DNA of 36,571 nucleotides, from NCBI GenBank assembly GCA_046758365.1, contig JBHIAC010000018.1:1-36571 (forward strand). The letters run 5' to 3'. This stretch comes from a bacterium (GTDB taxonomy: Bacteria; Zhuqueibacterota; Zhuqueibacteria; Oceanimicrobiales; Oceanimicrobiaceae). A program made the translations under genes and the position numbers. This document shows positions 25,425-36,324 of this stretch, piece after piece (positions within the stretch are counted from its first letter, which is position 1; every line of letters begins with the position of its first letter). The notes under the pieces were generated by a model. That model saw nothing but the letters and a program-made list of their open reading frames with translations, searched no databases and was not told the origin of the DNA.

Positions 25425-27437
25425 ATGATCGGCAGTAAAAAAACTCTTTTAATCTATACGTTTTGGACATCCATGATAGTTTTGCTCGTGGGCGTTTCGT
25501 TTTCTCAAGAAATACCCGTTTCTCGTGATGAACTTCAAACCATACAGGAATGGGAAATTGAAACAAAACAGAAACAGTTTGAACATCACCGCCTGATGAA
25601 ACCTTTCACAATCTCCGCAGCACAAAACAATTTCGATGTTTCTTATTATAAACTGAATCTAAACATAGACCCCATAAACGAACAAATTTCGGGCATTTTA
25701 GAGATGAGGGCTATGGCTAAAACAAACAATTTTCAAACTGTGGAATTGGATTTTTATTCGAATATGACGGTAGATAGCGTTAGCGGTGATGCTGCAAGTT
25801 TTAATCATAATGCGGATATTTTGCAAATTCAATTAATCCAGCCTCGTCAAAGCGGTGATTTTATGGCTGTTCAGGTAGCCTACCATGGGCAGCCCACCAG
25901 AGGCGGCTTTGGCTCTTTCGGATTTAATAATCGCAACAGTATCCCACTTATTTGGACCCTGAGCGAGCCTTATTTTGCCAGAGCCTGGTGGCCGTGTAAA
26001 GACACCCCCAACGATAAAGCGGATTCTGTTGATATTATTATCACGGTCCCTGAGAATTTGATTGTGGCCTCTAATGGAATTTTAATAAGTGACCTATATA
26101 ATGAAGATAGCACCCGTACCTTTCATTGGCATGAAAGCTATCCTATTACTACCTATTTGGTCTCCCTGGCTATTACCAATTATGCCACTTACTCTGATTG
26201 GTTTCATTACGCGCCTAACGATTCCATGGAAGTGAAGTACTACATCTATCCCGAGGCGCTTAATGCCGCGCAAGAGCAACTAACTGAAACCTTGGACATG
26301 CTGTCTTACTTTCACGAAATTTTTGGGCCTTATCCCTTTTTATCAGAGAAATATGGTATTGCGCAATTCCCCATAGGGGGCGGGATGGAACACCAAACCA
26401 TAACCAGCCAGAGCGGTTTTGATACAAGACTTACCGTGCACGAATTAGCTCATCAGTGGTGGGGAGACAAAATCACTAACGCCAACTGGCATGAGATCTG
26501 GTTGAATGAAGGTTTTGCTTCTTATTCAGAGGCGCTGTATTTCGAACATACAACAGGCAAAGAATTTTATCATACTTACATGAGTTGGAAGGATAGGGAT
26601 TTCCCGTATGCCATTTATGTCGATGATACCACTTCGGTGGGCAGGATTTTCCATATTACCGTCTACTACAAAGGCGCCTGGTTTTTGCACATGATGCGTC
26701 ATGTGCTTGGAGATTCAACCTTTTTTGACATTCTGCTCGCCTATTCACAAGATCCTAGATTCGCCTATGGTAACGCTACTACTGCGGGTTTTCAAGATGT
26801 TTGCGAATTGGTCTCGGGTAAGAATTTGGATTGGTTTTTCCAGCCTTGGATTTATGAGATCGGGCGACCAGTTTATCGGGTCGAATGGAACAGGGAAGGC
26901 TCAGCAGGTAGTTCTATTTTATATTTGAGAATAGAACAGATGCAATATCCCCAGCAGGCTTTATTCCCCATGCCAATTGATATTACAGTTGAAACAGTCA
27001 AGGGAGATACTTTAGTTAAGGTATTTAACGATGAGGCTGTCCAAGTTTTTACAATCCCTCTCAAGGCTTCACCAACGGGCATTGTTTTAGATAAAGAAGG
27101 ATGGATTTTGAAAAAAGTTGATTCGGTGATTTTTACAGACAAATTACCTCATATTCCATCACAATTTTCTTTGCGCCAAAATTACCCTAATCCATTTAAT
27201 CGAGAAACCGTTATTGAATTTAGTCTTCCCCAAAGGGAAAGAATAGAAATTACGATTTATAATATTCATGGACAAAAAGTTCGCAGACTGATCTCGCAGC
27301 CTTATGAAGCAGGAACCTATAAAGTGACCTGGAATGGCAAAGATGAAAATGGAAACCTAACCGCCAGCGGATTGTTTATTTACCAGATGCGCGCTGGAAA
27401 TTTTAAACAACAGAAAAAATTGTTGTTTATTAAGTAG
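25425..27437 (+). CDS. Secreted M1-family aminopeptidase with C-terminal FlgD-Ig/T9SS-like domain
   Basis: Signal peptide; GGMEH, HELAHQWWG..WLNEGFA, YYKGA; QNYPNPFN...YNIHGQKVR..WNGKD. Confidence 0.92.
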   Translation: MIGSKKTLLIYTFWTSMIVLLVGVSFSQEIPVSRDELQTIQEWEIETKQKQFEHHRLMKPFTISAAQNNFDVSYYKLNLNIDPINEQISGILEMRAMAKTNNFQTVELDFYSNMTVDSVSGDAASFNHNADILQIQLIQPRQSGDFMAVQVAYHGQPTRGGFGSFGFNNRNSIPLIWTLSEPYFARAWWPCKDTPNDKADSVDIIITVPENLIVASNGILISDLYNEDSTRTFHWHESYPITTYLVSLAITNYATYSDWFHYAPNDSMEVKYYIYPEALNAAQEQLTETLDMLSYFHEIFGPYPFLSEKYGIAQFPIGGGMEHQTITSQSGFDTRLTVHELAHQWWGDKITNANWHEIWLNEGFASYSEALYFEHTTGKEFYHTYMSWKDRDFPYAIYVDDTTSVGRIFHITVYYKGAWFLHMMRHVLGDSTFFDILLAYSQDPRFAYGNATTAGFQDVCELVSGKNLDWFFQPWIYEIGRPVYRVEWNREGSAGSSILYLRIEQMQYPQQALFPMPIDITVETVKGDTLVKVFNDEAVQVFTIPLKASPTGIVLDKEGWILKKVDSVIFTDKLPHIPSQFSLRQNYPNPFNRETVIEFSLPQRERIEITIYNIHGQKVRRLISQPYEAGTYKVTWNGKDENGNLTASGLFIYQMRAGNFKQQKKLLFIK

Positions 27438-27585
27438 AACTGTTTGATTTAAATAAAAGTCATCCACACGATTTGGTAATTATAGATGGCGGCTTTGAAT
27501 GATTGTATACTGCGAAAGCTCTTGGGCGTTAGTCGGGTACTGTTACAACCTGACTTTACCATATTTAAATAGCAAGACATTTGCG

Positions 27586-30500
27586 TTAATCGGCTTCTAC
27601 AAGTTCAGTAATTTGAGCTTTTGGTTTGTAAATATAAAGCGCGGTAAGTTTTTTAAAATATTCCCGCATATCATCGAGCAAGGTGTAAGCCCAGGGGACA
27701 GCAATGAGCGAGAGCAGAGTTGAAGTCAGCAGTCCCCCAATAATCGTTCGACCCATAGGCGCATAAGGAATTCCTATCATCGCTGCGTTCCCCATAGCCA
27801 TCGGTAGCAGTCCGCCGATAGTGGTAAACGCAGTCATTAAAATAGGTCGGAAACGATGCTTACCAGCCTCAAGTATGGCATCGTAACGGCTCCAGCCTTC
27901 GTTGCGCAAACGGTTAATTAAATCGACCAGAACAATTGCATTATTGACCACAACCCCAACCAAGATAACAAATCCGATTTGGCTCATCAAATCAATAGGC
28001 GTACCGGTGAGGTACATAATCCAGAATGCACCAAAAAATGAAAAGGGAATGGCCAGAATCACTGAAAGCGGCAAAACAAAAGATTCAAAAAGAAAACCCA
28101 TAAGTAAAAAGACAAAGGTTACAGATAAAATCAAAGCAAAGATGACACTCTGATTGCTTTCTTGCATACGACTGAAGTGCCTACCTTTACTCCAAGAATA
28201 GCCATAAGGCATTTCAAATCCCTTCATGACCTGATCAACTTTGAGGAAGAGCCCGGCCATGTTGTCGTGAGTGGTATTCGCTTTTACCATTAAAAATGTT
28301 TTGCCGTTTTCTCGTTTGATTTCACCCATTCCTTTTTTAACTGTAAAACTGGCTACGGCATCAAGTGGGATTTCTTTGCCTGAAGCAGTAAAGAAAGTGA
28401 GATTTTTTAATTGGGATAAATTACGGCGGTCTTCTTCGCGTAACTGAATGCGGACATCAATTTCTTTTTCTTCAGTATGATATTTAGGTAATGGAAATCC
28501 GCGCAGTGCGTATTGTACCGTTCCAGAAATGGCAGTTGGAGAAATGCCATATTTCTTAGCTTGTTCTCTATTAATAAGTAAGTGAATTTCATCACCGCCT
28601 TTTTCTCTATCTGTTTCGATACTGATAATTTCATCAATGGTACGCAATCTGCGTTCTACCTCTTTTGCTAGATATGCCAAGGTATTTGTATCGTCTCCAT
28701 AAAGGACAATTGACAAAGAAGCATCATCTCCACTACTGCTCTGTCGCCAGCTCGTCCGTACTTCCACACCCGGAAATTCTGGAATGCGCTTTTTCACATC
28801 TTCGATGACTTCTTCTCTTTCCATAACACCATCTGATAGAATATTAAATGATTTCATTATATTTTCATAGGTGATTTCATACCAATCTTTTTTTTCAGCA
28901 GGCTGTAAAAAAACCCGCACCATACCCCAGTTATTACTGTGTCGGGTAAGAATGGTTTTTAAGCCATAAACATCACTTTTTGCACGAATAGAATCTTCCA
29001 CTGTTTTGAATAATCGTTCTGCATTTTCGATTGTGTAGTTATCGGGGAGCTCAAAAATCAACCGGAAGTCATTAATATTTCCCTCTGTATCATCGGTATA
29101 TTTTGCATTAGATGCGGCAAATTTCATGGAGGCCATGGCAAATATTAAAATGACAAACATTTCTATGCGGTGCGTAATGGCCCATGCTAACATTTTTTGA
29201 TAAATATTATTGCTTCTTAAAATGATTTTAGGTTCTTGAACCTCCTGTCTGCTTCCTATCCGGGTAGCCGCTAATGGAATAAAAACCATGGCCACCAGTA
29301 AAGAAGCCACTAATGCAACCATGACCGGCAGGCCGATACGCAGCATATAAAAACGAAAACCAATTTCGTCATTCATTAATATTAAAGGCAGAAAAACGAC
29401 TACGGTTGTTAAAGTTGCAAGTGTGACTGCGAGTGAGACTTCACTGGTTCCTTGTAAAGCAGCCTCGCGATCTTTCTTCCCTTCGGCCCTTTTACTGTAA
29501 ATGCTTTCTAGTACAACAATGGAATTATCTACGACCATGCCAACCGATATCATTAAGCCCATCATGGTTATTAGATTCAATGACCAGCCAATGAAGTAGA
29601 GAACGGTCAAAGTAATTAACAGTGAAAGGGGAATCGCAAGAATCACAATCAAAGTCATACGAAATCTTCTCAAGAAAAAGTAAAGCACAAAAAATGCAAA
29701 AAGTCCTCCCCACATGGCTGTACGTTGTAAATTATCAACAGAATCTTCAATAAATTCACCTTGATTGAATAATGATTCTATCCTGAAGCCGCTGAGTTTG
29801 GGATCTATTTTAAATTCTTCCTCAAATTGTTTTGAAATTTTTTCGCACAACTCAACCGTATTGGCTACCGACTCTTTGTATATTCCTAAGGTGATAGCTT
29901 TTTTATCATCTATTCTAAGCCGCCAACGACGCTCAGGCACGTCGTACTTAATTTCAGCAATGTCTTTTAGACGTAAATTGCTTCCGCGGATGGGGAGGTT
30001 TTTGATTTCTTCTAAAGTACGAAATTTCCCAAGAGACCGAACAAATATTTTACGTTCTCCTTCTTTGACATATCCGCTTGATATGGAAAAATTGTCTTTT
30101 CGTAAATTTTGAATGACTTCATAAAGATTGATTTTGTAGCTCTTAACCAAGTCTTGGTTGATTTGTAGTAAAACCGATTTTTCCTCTGCGCCCCAGATTT
30201 CAACTTTTGCAACACCATCAATTCTTTCGAGTGGCTTTTGTAAGTGTTGTTCAACTAACAGGTAGGGATCATCATGGGGTCTGGTTTGGATGAGGGCAAT
30301 CCACATGATTGGATTATCCTCGTTACTCCACTTGCGTAAATACAGACGTTCGATATCATCGGGAAGTTCAGCTTTAACCCGGTCCATTCGATCACGCAAT
30401 TGAGCATAGGCCAAGTCCATATCCGTACCCTGTGCGAATTCAATAAACGCCCAACAGCCCTCATTGCCGCTGTTGGTCTCAATGCGCCGGACCCCACTGA

Positions 30501-30741
30501 TGGTTTGGATTTGTTCTTCAATTGGCTTGGCGATTTGTTCCTCTACTTCTTGAGGATTGGAATTTGGATAAGGCGTCCACACCCCAAGAAAGGGCGGGGT
30601 AAAGCCGGCTGGCATCAATTCAACCGAGATTTGGGTGAAGGCAATGTATCCCACCACTAACAATGCAACCAGACTCATGATGACTGTAACAGGTCTGTTA
30701 AGTGAAAACCGTGGTAATAAGCTGTTTTTTGATCGGATCAT
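27586..30741 (-). CDS. RND efflux permease (AcrB/MdtC family)
   Basis: 1051 aa; GMVVDNSIVV, GVVVNNAIVLVD, RFRPILMT. Confidence 0.95.
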   Translation of the reverse strand: MIRSKNSLLPRFSLNRPVTVIMSLVALLVVGYIAFTQISVELMPAGFTPPFLGVWTPYPNSNPQEVEEQIAKPIEEQIQTISGVRRIETNSGNEGCWAFIEFAQGTDMDLAYAQLRDRMDRVKAELPDDIERLYLRKWSNEDNPIMWIALIQTRPHDDPYLLVEQHLQKPLERIDGVAKVEIWGAEEKSVLLQINQDLVKSYKINLYEVIQNLRKDNFSISSGYVKEGERKIFVRSLGKFRTLEEIKNLPIRGSNLRLKDIAEIKYDVPERRWRLRIDDKKAITLGIYKESVANTVELCEKISKQFEEEFKIDPKLSGFRIESLFNQGEFIEDSVDNLQRTAMWGGLFAFFVLYFFLRRFRMTLIVILAIPLSLLITLTVLYFIGWSLNLITMMGLMISVGMVVDNSIVVLESIYSKRAEGKKDREAALQGTSEVSLAVTLATLTTVVVFLPLILMNDEIGFRFYMLRIGLPVMVALVASLLVAMVFIPLAATRIGSRQEVQEPKIILRSNNIYQKMLAWAITHRIEMFVILIFAMASMKFAASNAKYTDDTEGNINDFRLIFELPDNYTIENAERLFKTVEDSIRAKSDVYGLKTILTRHSNNWGMVRVFLQPAEKKDWYEITYENIMKSFNILSDGVMEREEVIEDVKKRIPEFPGVEVRTSWRQSSSGDDASLSIVLYGDDTNTLAYLAKEVERRLRTIDEIISIETDREKGGDEIHLLINREQAKKYGISPTAISGTVQYALRGFPLPKYHTEEKEIDVRIQLREEDRRNLSQLKNLTFFTASGKEIPLDAVASFTVKKGMGEIKRENGKTFLMVKANTTHDNMAGLFLKVDQVMKGFEMPYGYSWSKGRHFSRMQESNQSVIFALILSVTFVFLLMGFLFESFVLPLSVILAIPFSFFGAFWIMYLTGTPIDLMSQIGFVILVGVVVNNAIVLVDLINRLRNEGWSRYDAILEAGKHRFRPILMTAFTTIGGLLPMAMGNAAMIGIPYAPMGRTIIGGLLTSTLLSLIAVPWAYTLLDDMREYFKKLTALYIYKPKAQITELVEAD

Positions 30742-30801
30742 TTTGTCTGCCTTTTGTTTGATAAAAAATTACCTCAACATTTTAATTAAATGAAAATTAC
30801 T

Positions 30802-30836
30802 ATGTGAAACGTGAGACGTCAAACGTGAGATGCGAA
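30802..30836. repeat. Heptamer tandem array (left arm of an inverted pair)
   Basis: ATGTGAA ACGTGAG ACGTCAA ACGTGAG ATGCGAA. Confidence 0.65.
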
Positions 30837-30854
30837 AAATTATTCCTGTGATTA

Positions 30855-31211
30855 TTAATTTGTTTTTTTGATTAATTGCGTAATCAATGCGAATAGATGA
30901 TTCATTTTTTCGCTGAATGGTGAAATAGTTTCTTTTGTACAATATTTTAACTTTATAGCAATTTCAAGCTGAGTATCAATTTCAACGAGAGAAGAACGTG
31001 CAATTTCATAAAATCTTTTTCGTTCAATAGACGATTTTCGTGAAGCGCCTTCGGCAATATTTGAAGGAATCGAAACGGCAGCTCTTCTTAATTGATTGGT
31101 TAGACCATAGATTTCTGATTTAGGAAACCCCTCCGTCATTTGATAGATGTCAATTACAAATTCAATCCCTAATTTCCAAGTATCGAGTTTTTTATGATTA
31201 AGATTTAACAT
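30855..31211 (-). CDS. Four-helix-bundle protein (23S rRNA IVP-like family)
   Basis: FPKSEIYGLTNQLRRAAVSIPSNIAEGASR..RFYEIARSSLVE. Confidence 0.93.
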   Translation of the reverse strand: MLNLNHKKLDTWKLGIEFVIDIYQMTEGFPKSEIYGLTNQLRRAAVSIPSNIAEGASRKSSIERKRFYEIARSSLVEIDTQLEIAIKLKYCTKETISPFSEKMNHLFALITQLIKKTN

Positions 31212-31260
31212 TTCCTTTTCCTCCTTAAAACATGAATGTATGTCATATATTACTTATAAC

Positions 31261-31295
31261 TTTTCACTTTTGACGTTTCACATTTCACGTTTCAT
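31261..31295. repeat. Heptamer tandem array (right arm, inverted)
   Basis: TTTTCAC TTTTGAC GTTTCAC ATTTCAC GTTTCAT; approximately the reverse complement of 30802..30836. Confidence 0.65.
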
Positions 31296-34200
31296 GCTCT
31301 CCGATCCACCAAACTATACACCGTAGGAATAATAATCAAAGTCAAAACCGTTGAAGTCAAGAGTCCGACAATGACGGTAATAGCCATAGGGGTTCTGATT
31401 TCGGCGCCATCGCCTAAGCCAAGTGCCATGGGCAACAGCCCTAAAACCGTTGTTGCCGTGGTCATCATGATTGGACGCAAGCGAACCGTTCCAGCTTGAA
31501 TAATGGCTTCCATCTTTTCCAGTCCTCTTGAACGTAGTTTATTGATATAATCAACAAGCACAATTGCATTGTTTACAACGATTCCCGCCAACATAATCAA
31601 ACCTAAAAATACAACGATACTAAGAGGTATGCTCAGCACATAGAGAAATAGAATCACACCAATAAGCGCCAATGGAATAGTAAATATAATAACAAATGGA
31701 TGGATCATTGATTCGAACTGGGAAGCCATTACAATGTAGACCAAAAAAATGGCCAGTGCAAGTGCGAGTTGGAGACTATTAAGCGAGGTTTCCATTTCCT
31801 TATTTTGTCCGGCTAATGTGTAAGTAAAGTCGTCTGGCATGTCCATTGTACGCAGGATATGATAGATATCTTCGCTTACGCTTCGCAGGTCTCTGCCGCT
31901 TATATTAGCGGAAACAACGGCCGAACGCTGTTGATCGACACGTCTTATTTCTGATGGACCTTCTTGAATTTTAAGATCTGCGACTGCTTCCAGACGTATA
32001 GGTTTTGGGGCGCCGGGGTTGATTACCAGTCTACGTAAATCATGAATGCTTTCTCTGTCGTGTTCACGAAGTCGTACCAGAATGTCGATTGTGCGATCTT
32101 GCTCTTTAAATTCCGTGGCCACATCGCCTCGTACCTTATTTCGGACAATTGAAGCGACATCCATGATGTTGAGACCATAATTGGACAAAAGCTGGCGATT
32201 ATAAACAATTTGCACCTCTGGATTGCCTCGTTGAATATTTGATTTCACATCAAAAATACCTGGTATGGTATGCATTTGTTCTTCCACTTCTCTGGAAATT
32301 TTTTGAAGTTTTTGCAAATTATATCCGTGAATCTCGACTTCAATAGGAGTTTTGAAGCTGAATAATACCGGACGGGAAATTTTCCATTGAATGCCGGAAA
32401 AATTTCCCATCTCATTACGAATAGTATTGATGAGCGTCTCTTCTTCCACAACAAGGCTGCTTGCACGAGTCATGGTCACTGTCAATTTTGCGGTATGCTC
32501 TCCTTCCTCACTACTGGTATTAGCCGTTTTATCTGTACCTGAAACCGCTGCAACTTTATTAACCCCAGGTTCATTGATGAGGAAATTCTGTATATCAGTA
32601 ATTCGTTCATCGGTTTTTTCAACAGGGGTCCCAACGGGTAGAGTGACCTCAACATTGAATTCTCCCTGATGCACTTCAGGGATTAATTCACTACCAAGCC
32701 TGGGTGCAACAAACAATATGCTAATTATAAATAGACCAGCGACTGATCCAAGTACCACAGCCCGATTGTTTAGAGATAATTGCAAAAGCTTCGGATAGGC
32801 AGATTCTAACTTGCCGTACGACAAGTTAAAACCTTTTATGATCAGTTTTGCAGGTAGGGAGAAAATGAGTTTTAATTGTATAAATATACTTTTAAGAAAT
32901 ACTGCTCCCACTACAAATAAATAATGAATAAACCGGAAAGCAAGTTCGAGGAAAAATTGAAATGAAAACTTTATTAAATAAAATAGAGCAGTAATTGGCA
33001 GGGCTATTCCTTTCAAGATCCTCCCTTTCCAGCCACTCTTTTGAATTCGATTTTTAATTTTCTTAATGTCCTGAAAAAATGCCGGTATGGAATGATTCAT
33101 TAAAAATGTAGGCCAGATTTCTTTAATAAATTTTACACGCCAGAAGTCTTGATTGTTTGCAAACAGCGTTACCCATTCGCTCATTTTAAAATTCAACAAG
33201 CCTATTTTACGTAAAACAGCAGAAAATGGAATAATTGGTAATAATAATAACAGAATTATAAACTTGAGTAAGGCAATAAGAAGCGCTGCAGTCGATTTAA
33301 GGATTTTTAGAATAAGCAAAGCAATGGTTTGCAAGAGAGTAATAACACCAGTAAACAATTTTTCAATTAAGTTTTTTCTAACTTGTGTCGCTAATATATC
33401 ATTGATTTTTGCTTCAGTTGAAAATTGGAAAATATGCTGTTTTAACAAATTTTCTGTTTGAATGCCCTTAATAAATTTAGAGCTTTCGCGAGAAGATAGC
33501 ATTGGTATCAGAAACAGCGCTACTGCCAAAGAAGCCAATAGTGAAAATACGACGGTCAATGCCAAATTACCAAAGATTTGGCCTGCTATTCCTTCAACGA
33601 AAACAATTGGGAAAAATACAGCTACGGTCGTCAGGGTGGAAGCAAACACAGCCCCACCAACTTCACTTACGCCACGAATGGTTGCTTGAATGAGATTGTC
33701 ACCCTCCTCACGACACCGTGCAATACTTTCTAAAACCACAATCGAGTTGTCCACCAGCATCCCGATGCCCAAAGCAAGCCCTCCTAAAGACATAATATTT
33801 AAAGAAACACCAAAAATTTTCATCGGAGCGAAGGTTGCCACAATAGAAATTGGTATGGATATTCCGACAATTAAAGTAGCCGTTAAGTTGCGCAAGAAAA
33901 TAAAGAGAACAATAACCGCAAGAATACCACCCATAATTGCCGTTGATTTAACTTCATCCACAGAATTTTGAATAAAAACGGATTGATCTGAAAGGACATC
34001 TATATTAATTCCAGTTGGTAAATGATAAGAAATAAAATTCGTCATAAGTCTGGCTTGTAATGCTTCTCGCTGACGTTCCCTTCGGTCCCCTCCTTTTTTC
34101 TTACCGTTTGTAGCCTCAATTTTTTTCTGCTCTTCTTGTGGTTTTCGCTTTTTGACTTCTTCAAGTCTTTTTACAAATGCTTGCTGCTCGGCTGTGCCCA

Positions 34201-35161
34201 AAACACGGTCTTTTACGCGCTGAGCCACGGCTACGATATTGGCATCGGCTTCTTTATAAATTTCGATTTCAACGCTTTCTTGCCCGTTTAAGCGAGTAAT
34301 AATTTCACGATCTTTGAACGTACGCTTTACTTCAGCTACATCTTGAATCTTAATTTCTTTGCCATTCCAGGTGCCAATAACGACGTTACCAATTTCATTG
34401 ACAGATTTAAATTCATTAAGCGTACGTACCAGATATTCTGTTTGACCTTCTTTTAGATTGCCCCCTGCAAGATTGACGTTTTCTTGGAAAAGTCGATTTT
34501 TAACTTGTTGAATATCAATGCCAATAAGGGTCAACTGCTGTTCGTTGAGTTCAACCCGGATTTCTTCTTCCAATCCGCCTTTAACCTTAACCGCAGCAAC
34601 GCCCTCTATGGTTTCCAGGATGCGTTTGATTTCTTCATCTGCTAAATAACGTAAATAAATAAGTGAGGCATCTCCAAACAAACCGAGGCGCATGATAGGG
34701 TCTAAGGAGGGGTCATAGCGAAGAATAAGGGGTCGTTTCGCTTCTTCGGGCAAAAAGACTTGGTCCAATTTTTCCCGCACATCAGCGGTGGCCTGGTTCA
34801 TTTCGGTATCCCAGGTAAATTCCAATTTCACATCAGATTGCCCAGCTTTTGAAATAGAACTGATGCTCACTAAATTGTTTACTACGCCTAAGGCCTGTTC
34901 AACTGGACGAGAAATGGTGGTTTCAATTTCTTCTGGTGCGGTGCCAGAATATTCAGTGCGTACAGTTAAAGATGGATAAGAAATGTCCGGCATAAGATTT
35001 ACCGGCAATTGTTGGTAAGAAATCCAACCGAATACACAAACAGCAATAACCACCATCAATATTGCTACGGGTCGGGTGGTGGTGAATTTGAAGAATGCTC
35101 CGCTATTTTTTTTAAATTCTCCTATTGTAGATTTTATTGGTTCTTGCATGAGTTCACTCAA
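31292..35161 (-). CDS. RND efflux permease (AcrB/MdtB family) with large insertions
   Basis: 1289 aa; GMLVDNSIVV, GIVVNNAIVLVD, RLRPIMMT. Confidence 0.95.
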   Translation of the reverse strand: MSELMQEPIKSTIGEFKKNSGAFFKFTTTRPVAILMVVIAVCVFGWISYQQLPVNLMPDISYPSLTVRTEYSGTAPEEIETTISRPVEQALGVVNNLVSISSISKAGQSDVKLEFTWDTEMNQATADVREKLDQVFLPEEAKRPLILRYDPSLDPIMRLGLFGDASLIYLRYLADEEIKRILETIEGVAAVKVKGGLEEEIRVELNEQQLTLIGIDIQQVKNRLFQENVNLAGGNLKEGQTEYLVRTLNEFKSVNEIGNVVIGTWNGKEIKIQDVAEVKRTFKDREIITRLNGQESVEIEIYKEADANIVAVAQRVKDRVLGTAEQQAFVKRLEEVKKRKPQEEQKKIEATNGKKKGGDRRERQREALQARLMTNFISYHLPTGINIDVLSDQSVFIQNSVDEVKSTAIMGGILAVIVLFIFLRNLTATLIVGISIPISIVATFAPMKIFGVSLNIMSLGGLALGIGMLVDNSIVVLESIARCREEGDNLIQATIRGVSEVGGAVFASTLTTVAVFFPIVFVEGIAGQIFGNLALTVVFSLLASLAVALFLIPMLSSRESSKFIKGIQTENLLKQHIFQFSTEAKINDILATQVRKNLIEKLFTGVITLLQTIALLILKILKSTAALLIALLKFIILLLLLPIIPFSAVLRKIGLLNFKMSEWVTLFANNQDFWRVKFIKEIWPTFLMNHSIPAFFQDIKKIKNRIQKSGWKGRILKGIALPITALFYLIKFSFQFFLELAFRFIHYLFVVGAVFLKSIFIQLKLIFSLPAKLIIKGFNLSYGKLESAYPKLLQLSLNNRAVVLGSVAGLFIISILFVAPRLGSELIPEVHQGEFNVEVTLPVGTPVEKTDERITDIQNFLINEPGVNKVAAVSGTDKTANTSSEEGEHTAKLTVTMTRASSLVVEEETLINTIRNEMGNFSGIQWKISRPVLFSFKTPIEVEIHGYNLQKLQKISREVEEQMHTIPGIFDVKSNIQRGNPEVQIVYNRQLLSNYGLNIMDVASIVRNKVRGDVATEFKEQDRTIDILVRLREHDRESIHDLRRLVINPGAPKPIRLEAVADLKIQEGPSEIRRVDQQRSAVVSANISGRDLRSVSEDIYHILRTMDMPDDFTYTLAGQNKEMETSLNSLQLALALAIFLVYIVMASQFESMIHPFVIIFTIPLALIGVILFLYVLSIPLSIVVFLGLIMLAGIVVNNAIVLVDYINKLRSRGLEKMEAIIQAGTVRLRPIMMTTATTVLGLLPMALGLGDGAEIRTPMAITVIVGLLTSTVLTLIIIPTVYSLVDRRA

Positions 35162-35184
35162 TTTTTATTAGAAGTATAACATTT

Positions 35185-36324
35185 TTACAAGGATTTTTCA
35201 CGTTCGGCAACTATTTTAACTTTGGTTTTATCTTTCAGGCCAGCCTGGCCAACCACAATGACTTTTTCTCCTGCATTGATGCCCTTTAAAGATTCAACTT
35301 TTTCATAATCTTGATACCCAGCCTTTAAAGTAATTTTATGAGCGATGCTGTCACGAATCACAAAAATATGCATATTTTCACTTTCGTAGATAATCGCAGT
35401 TTTAGGGATTAAGACTGTGTTTCGGTGGGTGTCGGTAATGATGTGAGCATTAACAAACATTCCGGGCCGTAATCGATTATTTTTGTTGCGAATTCCAATA
35501 GTAACTTTGAAGGTACCGCTTTCTGGATCTACAACAGGACTGACGCGTTTAACCCAGCCCGAAAACCTTTCTCCTTTTAAATGTTGCGAAGTGATGTAGG
35601 CTTTTTGTCCTTTAGCAATGGTACCGATTTCTTTTTCTGGCACATGCACGACCGCAATCATTTCCTTAGTATTGATAACAGTAAAAAGCTTGTCCGATGG
35701 TTGAATCCGATCACCCGGACGTCTCAAACGTTCACCAACTACCCCAGAAATCGGAGAAGTGATTTTTGTGTAATCTAAATTCAGTTTTGCTTGCTGCCAT
35801 TGTATTTTTTTTGCCTCCATTGCAAACTTTGCTTGTTCAAATTCTTCTTTGCTGAGTAATTGCTTTTTATACATAGCTTCGGAGCGCTCATAAAGATTTT
35901 TTTGCTGCTCATAATCAACCCGGGCTTTCGCTTCTTCTAATGCATACTCATCTGCTTCTAATTCCATCAATGCCTGCCCCTTTTTTACATACTTCCCTTC
36001 TTCTATAAAAATATTTTCAACCAATCCCTGAACCCTTGAATAAACATCAGTCATCTTTTCAGTTTCCAGATTAGAGCTTAACAGAATAAAAGATGAAATG
36101 TCACCTGTTTTGACCGCCATGGCTTCAACAGGGATGAGTTCTTCCTCATTTTTTGATTCTTTTTTATTGTCTTTTTTTAGTGCGGTTGTGTCATTGTTTG
36201 CGGACGTAGCTGAGTTTTTGTTGTTTTTGCTGTTCGCATCACCATTTGCACAATGGATTTGCATAAGACCGTTTGCTATAATGAAAATTAAAGAAAGGTT
36301 AATGAGTTTCTTAATCTTAATCAT
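35185..36324 (-). CDS. RND periplasmic adaptor (membrane fusion protein)
   Basis: EGKYVKKGQ lipoyl motif, ITSPISGVV, SPVVDPESGT, LRPGMFV. Confidence 0.93.
   Translation of the reverse strand: MIKIKKLINLSLIFIIANGLMQIHCANGDANSKNNKNSATSANNDTTALKKDNKKESKNEEELIPVEAMAVKTGDISSFILLSSNLETEKMTDVYSRVQGLVENIFIEEGKYVKKGQALMELEADEYALEEAKARVDYEQQKNLYERSEAMYKKQLLSKEEFEQAKFAMEAKKIQWQQAKLNLDYTKITSPISGVVGERLRRPGDRIQPSDKLFTVINTKEMIAVVHVPEKEIGTIAKGQKAYITSQHLKGERFSGWVKRVSPVVDPESGTFKVTIGIRNKNNRLRPGMFVNAHIITDTHRNTVLIPKTAIIYESENMHIFVIRDSIAHKITLKAGYQDYEKVESLKGINAGEKVIVVGQAGLKDKTKVKIVAEREKSL

Noticed and set aside
25211..25438. 75-aa ORF across selC
   Set aside because: Shadow translation of the tRNA gene
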